The notes under the pieces: generated by a model | Databases searched by the model: none | Told to the model about the DNA's origin: nothing | What the model saw: only the letters and a program-made list of their open reading frames with translations | DNA from: Girardia tigrina | Taxonomy: Eukaryota | NCBI GenBank assembly: GCA_001938485.1 | Contig: MQRK01224761.1 | Coordinates: forward strand, 21,713-77,127 | Direction: 5' to 3' | Length of the DNA: 55,415 nucleotides | Made by a program: the position numbers and the translations under genes | In this document: positions 51,701 through 55,415 of the stretch, piece after piece | How the letters are laid out: each line of letters opens with the position of its first letter | Numbering within the stretch: position 1 is the first letter of the stretch

Positions 51701-54156
51701 TTTTTCTACAGGTATAAATATCCATTTGTATAAAGTTTATACTATACACAAACTTCAGATTTGCGTACATGGGGTATCTTTGGAAAGTCTAAGGACATAA
51801 AAAGTTTCAAAATGTTGTGTTATTTGAGTCAAAGTTTTTGAGAACATTTTGTTGTCAAAAAGTTTTGCAAACTATTAATTGAAGTATTCGTAGCTTTGAC
51901 CTGTGCTCTTGTTTGCAAGAACATCTCGAGTGGTAAAATATAATGTATCAGTCTGATGAAGTGAAATATTATTTCAAAAGCAATGCAGTAGTCTTAAAAG
52001 TAGCATGTGAATTGGTTTTATGATTGTGTTACCAATGACATTGTAACTGAAGTGATTCCTCTTAAAAGACTTTTTCACATGACCATAAGAATATAAGAGA
52101 CGCATTTAATACATTAAAACATATCAATATCAAAATGTAGTTGAGAAAAATCATTGAGGTTATCAATAGTCATTTATACAACCATTGCGTATATCCCTTT
52201 AGTCAGTTTATATATATGACCTGATTTATTCTTTTCAAGTAATCCGTCGTTTTTATATCTTTTTGTTCCAGTCATTATCCACGTAATAATGATGTAATTT
52301 TCACTCTAATGTCAATGTGCAAGGATGGTAGTTCGTTCCATATATGGTTTTAGCTTGAGATCTTCTCAAAATCTTTGTTGAATACTAGTTCTAGGTATTC
52401 TGATTTTCGTCTTTATAACTCTATAAAATTTCTTATTAGTTTTTCATTTAAGCTAATATTCTTAACCATATTTGAAAATTGAACAAATGTTTCTCGTTTT
52501 TTGATATCTTTTGATATTGCGATAAACAAGTATTCAATTCATCTTCTGTTTCATTCAGAATAATTATCAGTGTTTTTTTTGCTTTGTAAATTATCATAAA
52601 TACATCCGATTATAAAATTAATTTTTCAAAATTATACAGTTTATTTTGATTTCAGTTGAAGTTTGCACAGGTTAAATTTTTACAATGTTCTGTGACTTAT
52701 TTGACATTGGTAGGAAAATGTAGTTAGTTACTTTAGAAAATCTTTAATCGATTGCTATTAGAATGACAACTCAATATAATAGAGTAATTGGACTACGCTT
52801 TATATAATGTATATGATTTATTAATATTTCCAGAATCGTTATATACAGGGCGATCATAAAGTAACTACCGGATTTTAAACTGCAATAACTTTTGAATTAT
52901 ATTTTATTTCTTTTTAATTATAAAGGCATCTTGAAGCTTATTCTTTAAAATTTAATTAAAAGTACATTTTGTTTAATTATATTAATTGTTGTTATTGTTT
53001 TAAGTGTAATATTCAAAATGGATGTAATTCAGGGTGTAAAAATTGTTATTTTATTTGCGAAGCATGAGTCAGGGACTTTAAAAGAAGAGAACTTCAACGA
53101 CTTAAATGGAAAAAATATTCCAACCGAAAAAGTATTAGAAGCATCTTCAAAAAGTTTGAAGAAACAGGAAGCCTTCTAAATGCCCCAAAATCTGGAAGAC
53201 CACCAATTGATAATGAAAAGAAAAATGAAATAGCAGAACATTCTAAGCAAGAACCCCAGTCTTCTATCAGGAAATCGTTGTCAACTCTGAATTACTCTTA
53301 TGGAACTGTTCAAAAAGTATTACGAAACGACTTTAAAATGTTCCCCTACAGAATTCAAACCACGCAACTTTTGTATGAAGAAGATTGGGCTCTTGGACGT
53401 GTTATGTGTGACATGTTAATTCAATCGATAGATGCAGATGAAAATTTTCTTAGTAACCTGATTTTCTCTGATGAGTCAACTTTCCCTCTTAACGGCATTG
53501 TAAACAGATATCACTGTCGTATTTGGGGCACTGAAACACCAATCGAAACATATCAGAGGTCACAGGCTAGTGTAAAAAGTTAATGTTTGGATGGGGTTGT
53601 CTTCTACTCGTGTTTATGGGCCCTTTTTTATTGAAGGAAACATAACAGCGGCGCTTTACCTGGATATGTTAAAAAGTTGCTTTATGGCATCGTTATCAAG
53701 AACATGCAAACGAAAAGCTGTGTTCCAGCAAGATGGAGCACCTGCCATTATTCACTAAATTGTGTGACAATTTCTGGATGAAGCGTTTCCACGACGTTGG
53801 CTGGAATGATGTGTTCCATATGTATGGCCGGCCAGGTCACCTGATTTGACACCACTCGATTTTTTGTGTGGGGGTATTTGAAGAATGAAGTGTATAAGAG
53901 AAAACCAGAAACAATTCAGCAACTTAAAGATTTTATTTGTCAAGAAGCGGCAAAAATAGATGGTGAAATGTGACAAAATGCCATTAAGTCTTTTCATGGA
54001 CGCCTTAAACATTGTATTGATGTCGATGGTTATTCTGTTGAATATTATTAAATTTTAATAAATGCTTTTTTGTATTTAAAACCATTTTTGCATATTGTTT
54101 TTCCAAAAAAAGTTATTGTAGTTTAAAACCTGATAGTTACTTTATGATCACCCTGT

Positions 54157-54188
<32 letters not shown>

Positions 54189-54777
54189 GAGGTGAAAATT
54201 ATGTATATTAAAAGTCAGAAATTAAAACGAATTTAAATTTAGAAAGATTCTCCGAGAGTTGTGATGTTAATAAATGTTTTCGTAATGATTTTATCAAGAC
54301 TTTTAACAGCCAATATTTTTATAAAATTATATTTTCTGAATTTATTATTTTATAAAAGTTATTAATTGTTTTTAACAAAACTATGTTATAAATTCGAACC
54401 ATTTTTTAAGGGCATGTAATTATCAGCGCAAAAATTGTTGATTTCTTTTATAAAATAACTTGAGCTAATAAATTTCATATGAATAAAAGAAGAAAATATT
54501 GATTTATTAACATATAGAGAAGTTAAATCTTTAAATCTGTCAAAATATATCAGATTTTATAAGTAATTTAAAAAATTTGATTTTTATAGAAGAAATCTAC
54601 AATAAATTATAATAATTATAGGCAATCAGTCATCTATATCATCCTTCGTCACAAGCTCAAAACAGTAATAAGTTGCTCAACCTGTTGCAGCTTATTTCTT
54701 CATCGATGTTGTCTCGGTATCAAAGCGAGCGCATCAGAAAACCACTGCACGCTTCTCTGGGAAGGTATCCTCCAAAG
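27423..54777 (+). CDS. PSME4: Proteasome activator complex subunit 4 (PA200/Blm10), 5' part, 8 exons, continues beyond window
   Basis: Exons 27423-27631, 38326-38466, 38519-38635, 38688-38732, 38786-38935, 38983-39049, 39107-39340 and 54622-54777 splice in frame with GT-AG at every junction. The peptide is colinear with PA200 as recalled (LLP..IK.N; YI..Y...F.K.D...FIKLLY; DL...W..LYD; IFLP; G.IDW.PY; YHPS). Confidence 0.9.
28837..29699. other. Assembly gap (others: 17611-17844, 19451-19659, 19903-19952, 33521-34186, 50092-50905)
   Basis: Runs of N. Confidence 0.99.
29966..30100 (+). repeat. ~135-bp direct repeat, second copy ~31902-32030
   Basis: tgtgagaagt...cagaattcattt...aaattatatctttt...ttaatccgc.gatctctattttca in both places. 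Confidence 0.75.
33415..34409 (+). mobile_element. Young Tc1/mariner (DD41D-like) element with long perfect TIRs, interior is a gap
   Basis: TA-cagggttatcataaagtaactagag...tatttcggat (>=105 bp) exactly mirrored at 34304-34409-TA; C-terminus KENISSFISNIPQDMLQ...RAQLCLENNGGHI. Confidence 0.9.
35411..35773. mobile_element. Helentron/HINE (DINE-1-like) non-autonomous element
   Basis: 12-bp inverted repeats acaagcttttat / ataaaagcttgt with a cagacagaca microsatellite near one end. Confidence 0.5.
36330..37686 (-). pseudogene. Heavily decayed protein-kinase-like sequence in PSME4 intron 1
   Basis: Minus strand from ATG 37686; FDFGLA*V at ~37365-37388 followed by LDIW/DLW-like words and a Ser/Asn/Gln-rich stretch; many stops. 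Confidence 0.35.
38326..38466 (+). CDS. PSME4: PSME4 exon 2
   Basis: ttcag|G YIKTYSLRFTKDDYISFIKLLYGVLIQKDID...LKSLF AG|gtatat. Confidence 0.9.
38519..38635 (+). CDS. PSME4: PSME4 exon 3
   Basis: KSGLLGRDDLIIDWKSLYDIWYHFTHSSVAHNGIIFTP, flanked by ag/gt. Confidence 0.88.
38688..38732 (+). CDS. PSME4: PSME4 exon 4
   Basis: PIKESLVDVIRSLS, phase 2/2, ttttag|...|gttaat. Confidence 0.8.
38786..38935 (+). CDS. PSME4: PSME4 exon 5
   Basis: FFSSDSTEQIWMLARPYL...LKIFLPFYYNNEKPF. Confidence 0.85.
38983..39049 (+). CDS. PSME4: PSME4 exon 6
   Basis: ELIWPHLIEMLDIPTWMSGCEN, tttag|...|gtaatt. Confidence 0.8.
39107..39340 (+). CDS. PSME4: PSME4 exon 7
   Basis: DLMVLLSRSAATFVGKIDWTPYLDRFFTSLLWSL...EKFRQLFQ|gtcaga. 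Confidence 0.9.
39470..39700. mobile_element. piggyBac-type MITE (231 bp)
   Basis: TTAA-cccttcccagccca ... tgggctggaaaggg-TTAA. Confidence 0.88.
40707..40976 (-). rRNA. 18S rRNA pseudogene fragment (3' major domain, ~270 nt)
   Basis: Reverse complement has gagcaataacaggtctctgatgcccttagatgtcc, gcacgcgcgatacaatg, cctagtaagcgcaagtca, gattacgtctctgtcc and acgcccgt; substitutions fall at normally invariant positions. Confidence 0.93.
41198..42180 (+). mobile_element. Decayed hAT (DUF659-type) transposase with right end
   Basis: LFLTDAARYMV, HVTCIAHLLH (CxxH), PPKPVVTRW and C-terminal PTSAAVERSFSILK. Confidence 0.88.
42263..42672. mobile_element. 410-bp MITE with 4-bp ATAT TSD (Sola1-like target)
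   Basis: ATAT-gtgaccaaagctgagaaaagggaccacaagt ... acttgtggtccttttctcagctgcggtcac-ATAT. Confidence 0.8.
42960..43660 (+). pseudogene. Old mariner-type transposase remnant
   Basis: LxEVYGNTYPS..TICNLIRNFKNGRQSV, VITEDRKI, RVPKFL (WVPxxL-like) and GILLIVDSLMNVQYY. Confidence 0.65.
44478..45810 (+). mobile_element. piggyBac remnant
   Basis: TTAA-cccttag left terminus; shares the cccagatgga segment; decayed Cys-rich tail ESCNDSKCDCNKHSNETCL at ~45690-45750. Confidence 0.5.
48190..48560. repeat. Array of GC-rich palindromes spaced ~32-37 bp
   Basis: 3x cgggct(t)aaaagccc, 2x ttc(t/c)ccattggggat, gtcgattctcc-taatt-ggagaatcgac, then gggatggagcat-cgatt-atgctccatccc. Confidence 0.85.
48912..49214 (-). 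pseudogene. pogo-type transposase fragment
   Basis: IIPPAMIAYLQRLDIVINKSFKECL matches IPxGxTxxLQPLDVxINKPFK. Confidence 0.75.
49883..51205 (+). mobile_element. Tc1/mariner (DD41D-like) element, ~1.32 kb, interior is a gap
   Basis: TIRs cagtgcgttcagaaagtcactgtgcacct / aggtgcacagttacttttggaacgcactg-TA; C-terminus TLQDLRDNILHQIEAITQEEIHRVFENLKRRINVCIDELGGHFQQLL*. Confidence 0.88.
52846..54155 (+). mobile_element. Full-length degenerate DD41D (rosa-type) Tc1/mariner element
   Basis: TA-cagggcgatcataaagtaacta ... tagttactttatgatcaccctg-TA. Transposase 53018-54050 with IFSDES, FQQDGAP and WPARSPDLTPLD; 41 codons between the 2nd and 3rd Asp. Confidence 0.93.
54622..54777 (+). CDS. PSME4: PSME4 exon 8
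   Basis: atag|AISHLYHPSSQAQNSNKLLNLLQLISSSMLSRYQSERIRKP...PPK|gtacat, phase 0, continuing exon 7. Confidence 0.85.
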
Positions 54778-55415
54778 GTACATATTGATCCAATTATAAA
54801 TATCGTTATATGTATATTAATTAATAAATACGAAAGGTGGTTGATAAATTCTAGCACAAGTAAGAGATATTGCAACCAAATTAACAACAATGATTTTATT
54901 CATAGATACTAATCTTCATATATCTACTGTCTAATTTTCAGCCAATTGTGACATTTAGTTTGTGTTTGTCAGTCATTGAAAACGAACAGATTTCTCATTT
55001 ACTGATATCAACAATGAGAAAAGTTTTTGTCACAACGATTTTTTTCAGCAATTCAAAAATAAACTGTTTTATATAAACCTTTTTTTTATGATGACTTAGA
55101 ATGGAATTAATTTTATTCAGCTATTCTGAACCTTTTGAGCGCTGCGAACTTTTAGTACGATTTCCTATTTTGTGGCCACTTCAATTGTAAAATTAGTTTA
55201 TTAAACATAATGAAAGTTATGATAATCAAGACGTTTGAAATAATTCGGATTAAATTGCCTGTAATAGCTATCCTCTCAACAAATTTAGTAAAAATAGTAC
55301 CTATTAGGTTGTTCGATATGAAACGGGTCAAACTTCACACCTTACATTTCAATCGCGTATAACTTAACTTTGAACTATCGTATGAAAATAAATAAGGTAT
55401 TTCTTGACAGATATA

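Noticed and set aside
51700-52600. Possible minus-strand piggyBac remnant (and a hAT-like remnant at ~34900-35300)
   Set aside because: Too decayed to support with clear motifs or termini.

Overview
This is very AT-rich eukaryotic (metazoan) genomic DNA from a draft assembly with six N gaps. The ~50-nt GT-AG mini-introns, the transposon mix and a decayed 18S rRNA fragment suggest a freshwater planarian (inference). Two host genes can be reconstructed by hand, neither shown properly by the ORF track. (1) The 5' part of PSME4/PA200/Blm10 (8 exons, 27423-54777, + strand, continuing past the window), with five 47-57 nt introns and two TE-filled introns of ~10.7 and ~15.3 kb. (2) A two-exon 74-aa secreted neuropeptide-prohormone-like gene at 3631-3919 (signal peptide, KR/KR/KK sites, C-terminal Y-G-K-stop). 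The rest is mostly nested, decayed mobile DNA: two Gypsy-type pol remnants, an RTE-like LINE fragment, a REL-endonuclease (NeSL/R2-group) fragment, Mos1-like and other mariners, three DD41D-type elements, Tc1/IS630, pogo, hAT and piggyBac remnants, and several MITEs. The oddest unexplained items are a Tc1-like element enclosing an 18S rRNA fragment, a ~35-bp-periodic array of GC-rich hairpins (48190-48560), and a multi-intron minus-strand cassette ending at an LTR-like terminus (22284-23580). I found no prokaryotic-type system (CRISPR, operon). Family calls rest on recalled motifs; no database search was run.
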